Notes: generated by a model from the sequence alone, not told the origin. Counted from the stretch's first letter, positions 31,616 to 42,815 are shown. The stretch is DNA of 64,000 nucleotides from an uncultured Gemmataceae bacterium (GCA_963750165.1 CAVVPN010000011.1:2208001-2272000), one strand, 5' to 3'. Numbers and translations: made by a program.

Positions 31616-32967
31616 CAGGTGATCCGCTCCGCGATGATGCCCTCGGCGTGGGCTTCGGGGACTGCCGCGAGTAAGTTCGCCACGGGCCGCCGGGTCATCG
31701 GATGGGTCGCGAAGTAGCGCCAGCACGGAATCAGCAGTACCAGGCAACCGCCGGCGATGATCCAGCTCAGGATGAGGAAAAAGGTCAAAAAGCTCTGCAC
31801 GGGCGGCAGCAGGTTCTTGCCCAGCAGCACCGCGACGTAGCCGAGGTAGCCGAAGGAGTCGGCCAGGTACATCAGGTAGCCGACGGTGCCGCGGTCGCGC
31901 GTCACGGCGATGAGCCGCTCGAAGACGGTCACGTGGATGGCGATGTACGGCAGGTACAGGCCGATGCCCATCAGGACCATGAACGGGAACGGCGCCAGCG
32001 CGTCGTGCTCGAACGCCTCCAGCGTGACCACGAGCAGCAGTGCCCCAAGTACCGACAGGCCCAGGCCGGAGAAGAACGCCCGGCGGTTGTTGCGGATCAG
32101 CACCATCGAGCCGTTCAGCACCGTGATCGCGGCCGCCACGGCCATCTCCGACCACGCGAAGACGGACGCCGGCACCGTCTCCTGCATGTCGTCCCAGATT
32201 TCCCGGGAGAAATCGGAGCGGACACTGCGCAGGATGGTGACCAGCAGGTAGACCAGCACCAGCAAGGTCAGGCCCACGGCGTAGCGGCGGAAGAACCGCC
32301 AGCGCTCGGCCCCGTCCATGGGAGTGCGCTCGCTGCGGGCGGCCACGTCGCGGAACGATGGCCGCGGGATGCGCGACAGCATCCAGGTGGACAGCAGCAG
32401 CGGTGGCACGAACAGCAGGCCGGTCAGGGCCGGCATCCAGAATTCGGAGACGCCGGCCTGGAGCAGGGCGTCGCCGGCCGAGCGGGTGACGCCGTCGGCG
32501 ACGATGAAGCTGGCGCACAGCCCCGCGGCGAGGGCCTCGGTGTTGCGACGGCCTTCGAGGAAGCCCAGGACCATGCCGAACACCATGCCGAGCGGTACGC
32601 CGTTGCAGAACAGCCAGAAGATGTTGAACGGCGGCGGCGTCAGCGCGAACAGCACCAGCCCGACCTCCGCGATGGCGATCAGCACCAGCAGCAGGGCGGC
32701 GCGGCGGTGCGGCGGCACCTCGGCGACGACCTTGATGCCGAGGAATTTGGAGAGGGTGTAGCCGAGCACCTGGGCGGTGATGAGCCACGTCTTGTAGCCG
32801 ACGCCAGCGAATGTCAACACGTCGTGGTAGTTGGCGGCGGTGAAGGGCTTGCGGAAGGCGTACATGCAGAAGTAGGCGCCGAAGCCGGCGACGAGGCACC
32901 AGATCGACAGCGACCAGCCGCGCCTGTTTGAGAGCGACAGATCCTCCGCGCTGCTGAGTTCCTTCAT
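31615..32967 (-). CDS. DUF5690-like MFS membrane transporter
   Basis: YFCMYAFRKPF, FLEGRR, FERLIA, YLADSFGYLG; many TM helices. Confidence 0.82.
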   Translation of the reverse strand: MKELSSAEDLSLSNRRGWSLSIWCLVAGFGAYFCMYAFRKPFTAANYHDVLTFAGVGYKTWLITAQVLGYTLSKFLGIKVVAEVPPHRRAALLLVLIAIAEVGLVLFALTPPPFNIFWLFCNGVPLGMVFGMVLGFLEGRRNTEALAAGLCASFIVADGVTRSAGDALLQAGVSEFWMPALTGLLFVPPLLLSTWMLSRIPRPSFRDVAARSERTPMDGAERWRFFRRYAVGLTLLVLVYLLVTILRSVRSDFSREIWDDMQETVPASVFAWSEMAVAAAITVLNGSMVLIRNNRRAFFSGLGLSVLGALLLVVTLEAFEHDALAPFPFMVLMGIGLYLPYIAIHVTVFERLIAVTRDRGTVGYLMYLADSFGYLGYVAVLLGKNLLPPVQSFLTFFLILSWIIAGGCLVLLIPCWRYFATHPMTRRPVANLLAAVPEAHAEGIIAERIT

Positions 32968-33173
32968 TGGGACTCCTCGTTCAGGAAGCGCGCTAAGCTC
33001 GACTGATGCACTTTTTCGAGGGGGCGAGTTTCGGGAAAGCCAGGGATTTTCGGGGGTTTTGCATATTTTGAGACAGGCCGCACCCGATATGGGGTGTGCA
33101 AAAAGTCCTTCTCCAGCGTAAAACCGCAGAAAAACCTGGCAAATCCCCTTCCGAAAAAGTGCATCAGTCGAAC

Positions 33174-33298
33174 TAGAGCGGTTCGCGTTTGGGTAGCGCA
33201 CAAGTCGTGGGACGGCTCTCCAGAGCCGTCAGCGTTCTCCCGACGGCTCTGGAGAGCCGTCCCACGACTTGTAGACCACGCGACTGGGAACCGCTCTA
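33174..33298. mobile_element. TA-flanked MITE with REP pair
   Basis: TAGAGCGGTTC...GAACCGCTCTA ends; internal GGGACGGCTCTCCAGAGCCGTC inverted pair. Confidence 0.78.
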
Positions 33299-33324
33299 AG
33301 CGCGTTCGGAAACAAAGACGACTC

Positions 33325-33425
33325 GTCCGAGCCGCGCACGCAGCGTATTCGCGGAGTAAGCGGCCACAGCGTCCCAACGCTTATCCAACGCTTACTCCGC
33401 TGCGCTGTGTGCGCGGCCCGGACGA
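33325..33425. repeat. REP-like inverted pair
   Basis: TCGTCCGAGCCGCGCAC...GCGGAGTAAGCG / CGCTTACTCCGC...GTGCGCGGCCCGGACGA. Confidence 0.6.
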
Positions 33426-35740
33426 AGCGCGGGCGACAACTTCTGCAACTGCCGCGGGACCGGCACCTGGTTCGGGATCCGCTGCTTCAGCCCGCCGGGC
33501 CCCTTCATCGGCCCTTGCCCTTTCGGGATCAGGCTCTCGTCCTTCTGCTTGCCGTCCTTCTCGACCACAATCCGCTCCGCGCCGATGTTGATCGCCAGGG
33601 CCCAGCCGAGCTGCTGCGCTTTAGCGAACGTCGTGTCTTTCTTGAGGAGTTCCAGGTACTCCGGGCTCAGGAGCTTGACGACGCGCGTCTTGCGCTTACC
33701 GACCTCCTCGGCATCGACCCACTGGCCGTCCTGGAGGTAGAACGCCCGCCGGCCGATGAGGTTGATGTTGTCGAAAGACGTGTCCTTGCCGCGGCGGTCG
33801 CGGTACGTGTTGGCGGCCTTCCCGGCGACGATCTGGGTCTGCAACTTGCGATCGTTGATCGCCTGGTTGACGGCCCACTGACCGGCCTGCTCCTTGCGGG
33901 CCATGGCCAGGCGCTTGCCCGCCTCGGCGACCAGCGCCCCGCCGCCACCCTTGAACCCGGCCGGCCCGGCCGCGGCGATGAACTCGGTGTACTCCGTCAC
34001 AATGCCGTACTGCTTGCTCAGCCGGACGACCTCCTCGACCAGCTCCTTGTTCGCTCCGCGCAGGCGGATTTCCTGGAGGAGATAGCCGATCTGCCGGGCG
34101 GCCCACAACGGAGCCAGGAACTCGTTGGTCGTCGCCGCCGCGCCACCGGGAAGGTCCGCCGCGACAGTGTACTTGACCGGCTGGCCGGCCAGCGTGCCGG
34201 CGATCGTGAAGGTGTGCTGGCCGCTCTTCTTGTAGCGGCCGACCATCATGATCTCACTGCCCTTGAACAGCACCGGCACTTTCGACGGCAGCACCTGCTG
34301 GGCGCCGGAGTCGCCGAACGACACCTTTACGCCGGACAGCAACGGGTGCGACAGACGGTCGTACAGGGCGGCGACCTTGTTGTCGAGTTCCTCCTTCGGC
34401 GCGAAGTACTCACTGGAGCCGTCGGTCACCTCGGCGAGCTGGTCGAGCAGGTGCGCGTTGACATCGTTGCCGACGCCCATGACGAAAATCCTGGTGCCGG
34501 CGTTCTGCTGCTTGACCTGCTCAATGATCTTTTCCGGCGAGCGCTCGCCAACGGTCGGCGCGCCGTCGGTGACGAAGATCATGATCCGCTCACGTCCCGC
34601 GGCGGCCTTGCCGGCCAGAGCCTTCCGGAGCGCGCCGGAAATGTTCGTCTGGCCGTGGGCGACGACATCCTCGACGAACACCCGGGCTCCCTTGAGGTTC
34701 TCCGGCGTGGCGTCCACGAGATCGTTCTTGAACGGCTTCACGTCGGTGCCAAAAGTGACGATGTTGAAACGGTCGGTCCTGTCGAGGTTCTGGATGCAGT
34801 AGTCGAGGGCGGCCCGGGCCTGCTCGATCTTTTCACCGCGCATCGAGCCGCTGGTGTCCATGACGAAGATGACATCCTTCAGGACCGCCCGCTGGGCGGC
34901 GGCCCCGGCCGGGTTGCCCAGCAGCATGAAGTAGCCGTCTTCCTTTTCCGAGGGGCGATAGGCCAGCACGCGCAGGCCGAGGGCGTCGGTGTCGGCCGCC
35001 CAGTAGAGGCGGAAGTCGTCCAGGCCGGTCCAGCGCTCGGCCTTGACGGTGGCCGTCGCCTCGGTGGGGGTTTTGCGCGTAATGGTTGTCGTGTGCGTCG
35101 GGCTGAAGATGGACCGCAGCGGCTGCTTGTCCGTGAGGTGGACATTGACGGTGACACGCTCGACCGGGGCCGCCGCAAAACTGGCGGCGGGCATCGGGCA
35201 GGTCAGCATGTGGACGCCCTGCGTGCGCTTGACCGCCATGTGGTACGTGATCGACAGTTTCCCCTTGCCGCCGAGGTTGACGGTGGGAACGAGGATCGCC
35301 GGCCGGCCGGTGAAGGCCAGTAACTTCGTCAGGCCGCTGCGGGCGATGGTCTCGTACACGGCCTGGGCCTTGGCAGGGTCAAGGAAGGTCGCGTCGCCGA
35401 GGAGCTTTGGCTCCGCTCCGAGCTTGCCCCAGGTGACCCGGATGCTCGCGCCGTTGACGCCGTCCGGCAGCGGGACGAGGCAGACGGTCGGGGTGGTCTT
35501 CTCCGGGCCGTCGATGACCTCCTCGACCTCGATCCGGGCCGCGTCCTTCGCCACGGTAACAGTCGCCGTGCTGAAGCGGATGGCGTAGCAGTGGCATGGC
35601 ACGCCCGGGGCCGGGGTGAATTTTTTCCCATCAAGCTGCCCGGGAACAAAGATCGGCCCGGCCTGAAGCGGTGCCGCCAGCAACAGGAACCCGGTTGCCA
35701 GCAGGAGCGCGGGAAGCGATCGGAAGCATGCGCGCGTCAT
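33392..35740 (-). CDS. Secreted VIT/vWA domain protein
   Basis: Signal peptide; DTSGSM MIDAS, TDG, YGIVTEYT. Confidence 0.85.
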   Translation of the reverse strand: MTRACFRSLPALLLATGFLLLAAPLQAGPIFVPGQLDGKKFTPAPGVPCHCYAIRFSTATVTVAKDAARIEVEEVIDGPEKTTPTVCLVPLPDGVNGASIRVTWGKLGAEPKLLGDATFLDPAKAQAVYETIARSGLTKLLAFTGRPAILVPTVNLGGKGKLSITYHMAVKRTQGVHMLTCPMPAASFAAAPVERVTVNVHLTDKQPLRSIFSPTHTTTITRKTPTEATATVKAERWTGLDDFRLYWAADTDALGLRVLAYRPSEKEDGYFMLLGNPAGAAAQRAVLKDVIFVMDTSGSMRGEKIEQARAALDYCIQNLDRTDRFNIVTFGTDVKPFKNDLVDATPENLKGARVFVEDVVAHGQTNISGALRKALAGKAAAGRERIMIFVTDGAPTVGERSPEKIIEQVKQQNAGTRIFVMGVGNDVNAHLLDQLAEVTDGSSEYFAPKEELDNKVAALYDRLSHPLLSGVKVSFGDSGAQQVLPSKVPVLFKGSEIMMVGRYKKSGQHTFTIAGTLAGQPVKYTVAADLPGGAAATTNEFLAPLWAARQIGYLLQEIRLRGANKELVEEVVRLSKQYGIVTEYTEFIAAAGPAGFKGGGGALVAEAGKRLAMARKEQAGQWAVNQAINDRKLQTQIVAGKAANTYRDRRGKDTSFDNINLIGRRAFYLQDGQWVDAEEVGKRKTRVVKLLSPEYLELLKKDTTFAKAQQLGWALAINIGAERIVVEKDGKQKDESLIPKGQGPMKGPGGLKQRIPNQVPVPRQLQKLSPALRPGRAHSAAE

Positions 35741-36024
35741 CGTCGATCTCCCTTGCGTTTGGGTTGCGAGGACGGTCTCGTCGATTCAAGGCATTGTCGC
35801 AGAAAATAGCCTCGGAGGCGAGAAACCCAGGAGGTTCTTTACCAACTAGACGAGAGACGGCCCGGGATCGGCGGAAAAATGCAGAAAGAAAAGGAAAACC
35901 CGTCTCACCCCCCATTCGTGGCCGGGTGCCCGCAGATTCCCTACACCTGCGCTCCCGGAAGACTGTCCCAGGGGCGAATCATGGGAGCCTCTGACCGGCC
36001 CGGTGGGTCCGCAGCCCGTGTGAC

Positions 36025-36141
36025 GATTTTAAGGAGGCGCCGAACAACAACTTCGTAGGACGGCTCTCCAGAGCCGTCGGGACGGCTCTGGAGAGCCGTC
36101 CTACTCTTGGAAGTTGTTGTTCGGCGCCTCCTTAAAATCGT
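36025..36141. repeat. REPIN-like long palindrome
   Basis: ACGATTTTAAGGAGGCGCCGAACAACAACTTC-GTAGGACGGCTCTCCAGAGCCGTC and its inverse. Confidence 0.8.
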
Positions 36142-36357
36142 GTTATTGAAACCCGACCCGTTTTTTCTGCTCGGCCTGACCACCGGCGGCAATCGGGCAG
36201 GAGTGGGAGGCGCGCCGTGTGGCCCTGTGGCCAGGTGACTCGCGCCCCGCCCCTTCCCCCTTGCCCCCCGCCCCCCTGCTTCTAACGTAACCAGCAGGAA
36301 CCCCGGCCGCCCGGTCGGACCCGGAACGACCCCGCTTCGCTCAGTGGAAACGATGCC

Positions 36358-38174
36358 ATGATTCAGGCGTTGCAAGCCCCCGCCAGCAGTGCCGCCGGCG
36401 TTGTCTGGGATCTCGGCGATCTCTATCTCGGGCCCGATGACGGCCAGATCACGCAGGACCTTGACGAGGCTCTGCGCCGCGCCAGCGCTTCGAGCAGAAC
36501 TATCGCGGCCAGATCAACGTCCCGGGCGGCCCCGACCCCGAGACGCTGCGCACCGCCCTGGACGAGCTGGAAAGCCTGTCCGAGCAGATGGACCGCCCGG
36601 CGGTCTTCGCCGGTCTGCTGCACGCCGCCAAAACCGACGACCCCAAACACGGCGCCCTGCGCAGCCGCACTCTTGAGCAGCGCACCGTCATCAGCAAGCA
36701 CCTGATCTTCTTCGAACTGGAATGGGTCAAGTTGCCGGACGAGGCGGCGGGGCCGCTGCTGGAACGGCCGGAGCTGGCCCGGCACCGCCACTACCTGGAG
36801 AAGATGCGGCTGTTCCGGCCGCACTACCTGAGCGAGCCGGAAGAGAAAATCCTCAACGACAAGAGCGTCACCGGCAGCGCCGCCTTCGTGCGCCTGTTCG
36901 ACGAGACCGTGTCCACCATGCAGTTCCCCTTCGCGCTCAACGGCCAAACGGAACTGCTGTCGCAGCAGCAAATCCTCTCGAAGCTCTACGATCCCGACCG
37001 CGCCGCCCGCAAGGCCGCCGCCGAGGGCGTCACGCAGGGCCTGCAACAGAACGCCCGGCTGCTGACCTACGTGCTGAACACGCTGGTGCTCGACCACAAG
37101 ATCGACTGTGAGCTGAAAAAGTATCCGACGCCGATGGCGCCGCGCAACCTGGCCAACGAGATCAGTGACGCGGTGGTCGAGGCGTTGATGACCGCAACGG
37201 AGCGGCATTTCGGACTGGTGCAGCGCTACTACCGCCTCAAGGGCCGGCTGCTCGGCGTGGGCGAACTGTTCGACTACGACCGCTACGCGCCGCTGTTCGA
37301 CGACCTGCCGACGTGCGACTGGCCGCAGGCGCGGCGCACCGTCGAGGAGAGCTACCAGGCGTTCAGCCCGCGGGCCGGCGAGATCATCCGCGAGTTCTTT
37401 GACCGCCACTGGATCGACGCGGAACTGCGGCAGGGCAAGCGCGGCGGCGCCTTCAGCAGCAGCGCGGTGCCGAGCGTCCACCCGTACATCCTGATGAACT
37501 ACACCGACAAGCTGCGCGATGTGATGACGCTGGCGCACGAGCTGGGCCACGGTCTGCACCAGTACCTGTCGCGGCCGGTCGGCTACCTGCAGTGCGACAC
37601 GCCGTTGACCACGGCGGAGACCGCCAGTGTTTTCGGCGAAATGCTGACGTTTCAACGGTTGCAGCAGATTTACCACGACCCGCGCACGCGGCTGGCGCTG
37701 CTGTGCAGCAAGATCGAGGACGGCTTCGCGACGGTGTTCCGCCAGGTGGTGCTGACGCGCTTCGAGCAGGCCGTACACCGGGCGCGGCGCGAGCAGGGCG
37801 AACTGCCGACGGAACAGATCAACGCATTATGGATGAACGCCAACCAGCCGATGTTCGGCGACGTGGTGAAGTTGACGGACGGTTACGGCTGGTGGTGGTC
37901 GTACATCGGCCACTTCATCCACTCGCCGTTCTATTGCTACGCCTATGCGTTTGGCGAATTGCTGGTGCTGGCGCTGGTGCAGAAGTACAAGCAGGAGGGG
38001 CCGAAATTCGTGCCGGGCTACCTGGACTTTTTGGCCAGCGGCGGCTCGGACAAGCCGGATGTGCTGGTGAGCCGGCTCGGCGTGGATGTGACGGACCCGG
38101 CGTTCTGGGAGCTGGGGCTGCGGCTGCTCGGCGACATGGTGGGCGAGGCCGAGGCGCTGGCGAAGCAGTTGTAA
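36358..38174 (+). CDS. pepF: Oligoendopeptidase F (M3B); frameshift near 36490
   Basis: WDLGDLY N-terminus, GKRGGAF, HPYILMNY, HELGH, AETAS, FYCYAY. Confidence 0.9.
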
Positions 38175-38175
38175 G

Positions 38176-38247
38176 TATCCTGGCTCGGAATCGAACCGAG
38201 ATCTGGACCTTCGGAGAGTCCGGTGTTGTCCGTTACACCACCAGGAT
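38176..38247 (-). tRNA. tRNA-Arg(CCG)
   Basis: Acceptor ATCCTGG/CCAGGAT; anticodon loop CTCCGAA; GGTTCGATTCC. Confidence 0.85.
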
Positions 38248-38252
38248 GCAAG

Positions 38253-38327
38253 AGCCGACGGCCGGGGTCGAACCGGCATGGGCCCGCTTACGAGACGGGT
38301 GCCTTTCCAATGTCGAGCCACGTCGGC
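38253..38327 (-). tRNA. tRNA-Thr(CGT)
   Basis: Acceptor GCCGACG/CGTCGGC; anticodon loop CTCGTAA. Confidence 0.88.
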
Positions 38328-38331
38328 ACAG

Positions 38332-38393
38332 CAGAAGCGCAAGGATTCGAACCCTGTGCAGCAGTTTTGGAGGCTGCCTGCTCTCCCAGGAGC
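38332..38393 (-). pseudogene. tRNA-Trp(CCA), 3' portion; native 5' end displaced to 62544-62552
   Basis: Anticodon loop CTCCAAA, intact T arm and 3' acceptor CGCTTCT; the matching 5' strand AGAAGCG is found beyond the right att site. Confidence 0.85.
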
Positions 38394-38409
38394 TTGCACT
38401 TTCTCCAAT
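38383..38409. repeat. Left att junction: 11-bp core CTCCCAGGAGC plus 14-bp arm GCACTTTCTCCAAT
   Basis: Core repeated at 62533-62543; arm is the exact reverse complement of 62510-62523. Confidence 0.9.
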
Positions 38410-38425
38410 CATGACGTACATTCAT

Positions 38426-38454
38426 TTGACGAGGTTCGCGCTTTTCCTTACACT
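38426..38454 (+). promoter_or_regulatory. Sigma70-like integrase promoter
   Basis: TTGACG-N17-TACACT. Confidence 0.6.
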
Positions 38455-38493
38455 CCGAGGGGGCTGGATATGAAATCAAAGCAGGATGCAACC

Positions 38494-40088
38494 ATGCCGC
38501 AGCGTGCCTATAGCTATCGCCGCGTCTCCGATCCCTACAGCAAGGACGGCATCGACCGCCAGGAGGATTACGCCACCGCCCTGGCCGTCAAACACGGCTG
38601 GTGTCTGGACGACACCTTGCTCTTTACCGACCGCGGCCGCAGCGGCTTCCACGGCCACAACCGCAAGCCGACCGCGGCCCTCACGCAGTTCCTGGACCTG
38701 GTGAAGCGCGGCCGCATTGCCCCGGGTTCGGTACTCATCATCGAGAACATTGACCGGCTCAGCCGCCAGGAAGTGGACATCGCCTACGACCTCTTCCGCG
38801 ACATCCTCAAGGCCGGCGTCTGGATCGCCACGCAGACGCCCGAGCGCATCTACCGGCCCGGCGTCAGTTCGTTCATGGACCTGATGGAACCTATCTGGCT
38901 CATGTACCTGGCGCACGCCGAGAGTCTGAAGAAGTCGGAGCGTACAAAACACGCCTGGATCACTGCTCGCCGCAAGGCCCGCGAGCAGAAGACGCCGCAC
39001 GGCAACCTGCCGCCCTGCTGGCTGCGGAAGTTGCCGACCGGTTATCACTTCATCCCCGAGCGCGTCGCCGCCGTCCGCCGCGCCGTGCAACTTCTCACCG
39101 AGGGGTACGGCTTCCGCCGCGCCTGCCAGCAACTGGAAGTCGAGGGAATCGAGGCCCCCACCATGGAACTGGTCAACCGTCCGAAGAAGGTCAAGTCGCC
39201 GCAGCCGCCGCGCCAGGTGCGCGGAAAATGGGACCGCAAATTCCTGGCGGACCTGGTGCAGACGCGCGTGCTGCTCGGCGAGTTCGCGCCCTGGGCGAGC
39301 CGCCGATCCCCGGATATTACCCAGCACTCCTGACCGAAGACGAGTGGCTCGCCCTCGGCGGTGCCGTGGCCGGCCGTAAGAACCACAGCGGCCGGCCGAC
39401 CGGCAAGCACCGCTTCAACCTGTTCACCGGCTTTATCACCGACGCGGCCGGCAACGCGCTCCACCTCCAAACCCCGTTTCCGCTGGACGACCGGCTCAGC
39501 TATCTGGCCGGCCCGGGGAAAGGCGCCGTCCGCGTCCGCTACCAGGACGCGGAAGACGGCATCCTTGACGCGCTCGCCATGCTCCGTGTCGAAGACGTAA
39601 TCGAGCCGACTGCCCAGCATCTGGAGCGCGAGCGGAGGATTGCGGAATTGACCACGCGTCGCGTGGCCCTCGACCATCGCCGCCAACTGCTGGTTGCCGC
39701 CGCCGCCGACCCCGACGAGGACCTGGCGACCAACCAGGCGGCGCGCAAGGCCGTGGCGGACGCCCTGGCGACGCTGGAAGAGGAGTTGCGCCGCCTGAAA
39801 CTGGAAAGCCAGACGGGCAAGGCCGAGCACCTATCCGAGACGCAGACGCTCGCCCAACTCTACCGGGCCGCCGCCGGCGACGAAAAAGCCGAACTGGCCC
39901 GCCGCATCAAGGCCGCGCTCCCCGCCGTTGTCCGCGGGATTACTGTGGAGGCCGTGAAGGTGAGCGCCAAGCGGCAGCGGACGCGCGTCACGATCGAGTT
40001 GCGGGGCGGCGGCCGCCGGGCCTTCGTACTCTTGCCCGGGGAACATACGCCACTTCACATTGATGCCCTAGCTTCCGAAGACAGCTAA
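38494..40088 (+). CDS. Large serine recombinase (integrase); frameshift near 39300
   Basis: AYSYRRVS catalytic motif, DRGRSG, ENIDRLSR, ESLKKSER; YYPAL and coiled-coil C-terminus in the next frame. Confidence 0.9.
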
Positions 40089-40224
40089 CCGCCAATGCGC
40101 AATCGGCGTAGGCGTCCGGCAGTTTTCGGAACTGCCGGGCGCCCGCCACGGACTGCACCCACCCGTCGGCCCCGTCCCAGAACAGCCCCGCCGCACTCAG
40201 CACCACAAAGCAATTCTCGACCAT
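39988..40224 (-). CDS. Small hypothetical protein
   Basis: MVENCFVV... with GGAG RBS; overlaps the integrase 3' end. Confidence 0.35.
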   Translation of the reverse strand: MVENCFVVLSAAGLFWDGADGWVQSVAGARQFRKLPDAYADCALAVSCLRKLGHQCEVAYVPRARVRRPGGRRPATRS

Positions 40225-40415
40225 CGGCGTCTCTCCCACGCGGGCGACGCCCCAATCCTGCCGCCGGCCCACGATCCCGTCCACCCCGCCGCCGCCGCGG
40301 CGGCCGAAACCCGCCGCCCTGTTTTCGGCCGACCGTCAAACCGGCACACCTCGACAACCCGGCGCATCTCAACATCTTCGGGGCCACCCCACCGCCGCCG
40401 GAAAAATTCCGGCGG

Positions 40416-40904
40416 ATGGCAGAGCTTGCCGCTCAGGCAATTCGGCTAAGCCGAGTAAATTTAGACGGGAGACGTGCGCGTCTCGTTGGCGACGGTTCGA
40501 CAAGCAGGCCGTGGCCGAGCTGCGCCGCCAGGGCAAGAGCACGCGGCAGATCAGCGACGACCTCGGGGTGAGTGAAGCAACCGTGCGACGTGATTTGCAA
40601 GTAGCGTCAACTGCGTCATCGAATGACGCAGTTGACGCTATCACCGGCAAGGACGGCAAGGAATATCCCGCCTATCGGCCGGCCGTCACCTGCGTCATTC
40701 GATGACGCAGGTGACGGCATTACCGGCAAGGACGGAAAGAAGCGTCCCGCCCATCGGCCGGCCGTCACCCCCGAGCAGCGGGAGCGGCGGCGGGCCAGGT
40801 CCCGCCGACGTGCCCAGGCGGCCCGCCAGGAGCCACGGCGGCCCCAAGCCGGCTCAACGGACGCCCGGCGGCCGAGGCCGCCATACGCAAGCCCAGGGCA
40901 GTAG
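40416..40904 (+). CDS. HTH protein with duplicated ITGKDGK motif (frameshifted)
   Basis: LRRQGKSTRQISDDLGVSEATVRRDL HTH; 79-bp tandem duplication. Confidence 0.55.
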
Positions 40905-40987
40905 AAACACGACCCGGCCGCCCCCGAACGCAAACACTCGCCATGATGGGCAAAGAAACCCGCAGCCAACTCTGAAGAGGGCGCACG

Positions 40988-41194
40988 ATGACTACGATCA
41001 TGACTGCCGAGGTGGCGGCCTACCTGGACGACTTGCTCACCTGCGAGCAGGTGTGCGCGGAACTGGGCTGCAGCGCCCGCACGCTCCGCGAGTGGATTTC
41101 CAAGAAGCGGTTCCCCGAGCCGCTGAGGATCGGCAAGCGTTGCAGCCGGTGGCGCAGGTCGGACGTGGAGCAGTTCAAGCAGGCGCAGGGCTGA
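40988..41194 (+). CDS. AlpA/excisionase-like HTH protein
   Basis: LLTCEQVCAELGCSARTL...FPEPLRIG...RWRRSDV. Confidence 0.85.
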   Translation: MTTIMTAEVAAYLDDLLTCEQVCAELGCSARTLREWISKKRFPEPLRIGKRCSRWRRSDVEQFKQAQG

Positions 41195-41273
41195 CCGGAG
41201 GACGGGCACGTCAAACAAAAACGCCGGCAGGGTGCACTACTACCCTACCGGCGCGAAAAGAGGTACTGCCAAG

Positions 41274-42812
41274 ATGATAACCCAAAGCTCCGTTCCGTTC
41301 ATCTCCGACGCCGCCGGCCCGGGCCAGATTCTTGAGGCGCCCAGCCGCGCCTCCCCACGAATCGTCACCACCGACCCGAACGGCCCCGCCCCGGGCAATG
41401 AGCACCTGGGCGACCTGGGCAACGCCGTGGCCTTCGCGCGGCACCACGCAGACCACCTTCGCTACTGCTGGCCCTGGAAGAAGTGGCTCTACTGGACCGG
41501 CCGCAAGTGGACGACGGACGAGTCCGGCCACGTCTACCAGCTGGCCAAGGATGTGATCCGGGCCATGTACCAGGCCGCTGTGGACGAGTCGGACGACGCC
41601 ACCCGCAAAGCCAAGGTAAAGCATGTCCTGGCCACCGAGAGCCGCAAGGCGCGCATCGACGCCATGATCGACTTGGCCCGCTCCGAACTGGTGATCCAGC
41701 CCGATCAACTGGACAATTACATGATGCATCTCAACGTGGGCAACGGCTTGCTCGCCCTGGGCATTTTGGATAAGCCCACGGATGTGTTTCTCCCCCACAA
41801 CCAGTATGAAATATTCTGCCGAGACGAATTTTGCATGGCCATCGCCCCGGTGTGGTACAAGCCCGCAGCCGCCTGCCCGACTTGGCTGAAGTTCCTCGAC
41901 ACGATCTTCTCCGGCAACGTCCGCGTCATCAACTTTGTGCAGGAGCTGGCCGGCTACGCGCTCACCGGCGACGTCCGCGAGCAGGTGCTGCCGATCTTCT
42001 ACGGCAGCGGCGCCAACGGCAAGAGCACCTTCGTCAACACGCTGCTGGCGATCCTGGGTGAAGACTATGCCATCCCCGGGCCGCGCGACCTGCTCATGGC
42101 CCGCAAGGGCGACTCCCACCCCACCAACGTCGCTCGCCTGTTCCGCAAGCGTCTGGTGGTGTGGCAGGAAACCACGGACGGCAACCGCCTCGACGAAGCT
42201 TTCGTTAAGGAGTTGACGGGTGGCGACCGCCTCAACGCCCGGCGCATGTGCGAAGATCCCTGGTCGTTCACCCCGACGCACAAGGCCATCCTGGTCACCA
42301 ACCACAAACCCGAAATCCGCGGCACTGACCACGGCATCTGGCGCCGCGTCCGGCTTGTTCCGTTCAATGTCCGCATTCCCGACGAGCAGCAGGATAAGGA
42401 GTTGCCGGAGAAGCTCCTGGAGGAACACTCCGGCATCCTGAACTGGTGCCTGGAGGGTTGTCGGCGCTGGCTGACCCAGGGGCTGAGCCTGCCCGCCGAG
42501 GTCAAGGCCGCTACCGAAGAGTACCGCGACCAGCAGGATTTGATTGCGCTGTTTCTCGATGAGTGCTGCCTGACGGGCAGCGACGATTATCGGGTGAAGG
42601 CGAGCGTCCTGTTCACCGCCTGGGGTAAGTGGTGCGAGCAGAACAACGAGACCATAGGCACGCAACGAAAATTCGGAGACACCCTCACGGGCCGAGGATT
42701 TAAGAAAAAGGTCAGTAATGGCATTTGGCGCTTGGGTATCACCCTTGCCGGCCATGACAACCAGAACGCTCAGAACGATCAGAACGACCGCAACGACGAG
42801 ATACCCGAGTAG
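41274..42812 (+). CDS. P4/D5-family primase-helicase (D5_N plus SF3 helicase)
   Basis: DLGNA, WLYWTGRKW, GSGANGKSTF Walker A, VKELTGGD, TNHKP, GIWRR. Confidence 0.92.
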   Translation: MITQSSVPFISDAAGPGQILEAPSRASPRIVTTDPNGPAPGNEHLGDLGNAVAFARHHADHLRYCWPWKKWLYWTGRKWTTDESGHVYQLAKDVIRAMYQAAVDESDDATRKAKVKHVLATESRKARIDAMIDLARSELVIQPDQLDNYMMHLNVGNGLLALGILDKPTDVFLPHNQYEIFCRDEFCMAIAPVWYKPAAACPTWLKFLDTIFSGNVRVINFVQELAGYALTGDVREQVLPIFYGSGANGKSTFVNTLLAILGEDYAIPGPRDLLMARKGDSHPTNVARLFRKRLVVWQETTDGNRLDEAFVKELTGGDRLNARRMCEDPWSFTPTHKAILVTNHKPEIRGTDHGIWRRVRLVPFNVRIPDEQQDKELPEKLLEEHSGILNWCLEGCRRWLTQGLSLPAEVKAATEEYRDQQDLIALFLDECCLTGSDDYRVKASVLFTAWGKWCEQNNETIGTQRKFGDTLTGRGFKKKVSNGIWRLGITLAGHDNQNAQNDQNDRNDEIPE

Positions 42813-42815
42813 CGC

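Noticed and set aside
29924..32899. 991-aa ORF suggesting a dehydrogenase-PhnZ fusion
   Set aside because: It results from the frameshift near 30838. The dehydrogenase C-terminus and stop lie in another frame ending at 30520.
141..37778. Many long antisense or alternative-frame ORFs in the track
   Set aside because: These are shadow ORFs typical of high-GC DNA, lying opposite well-supported genes.
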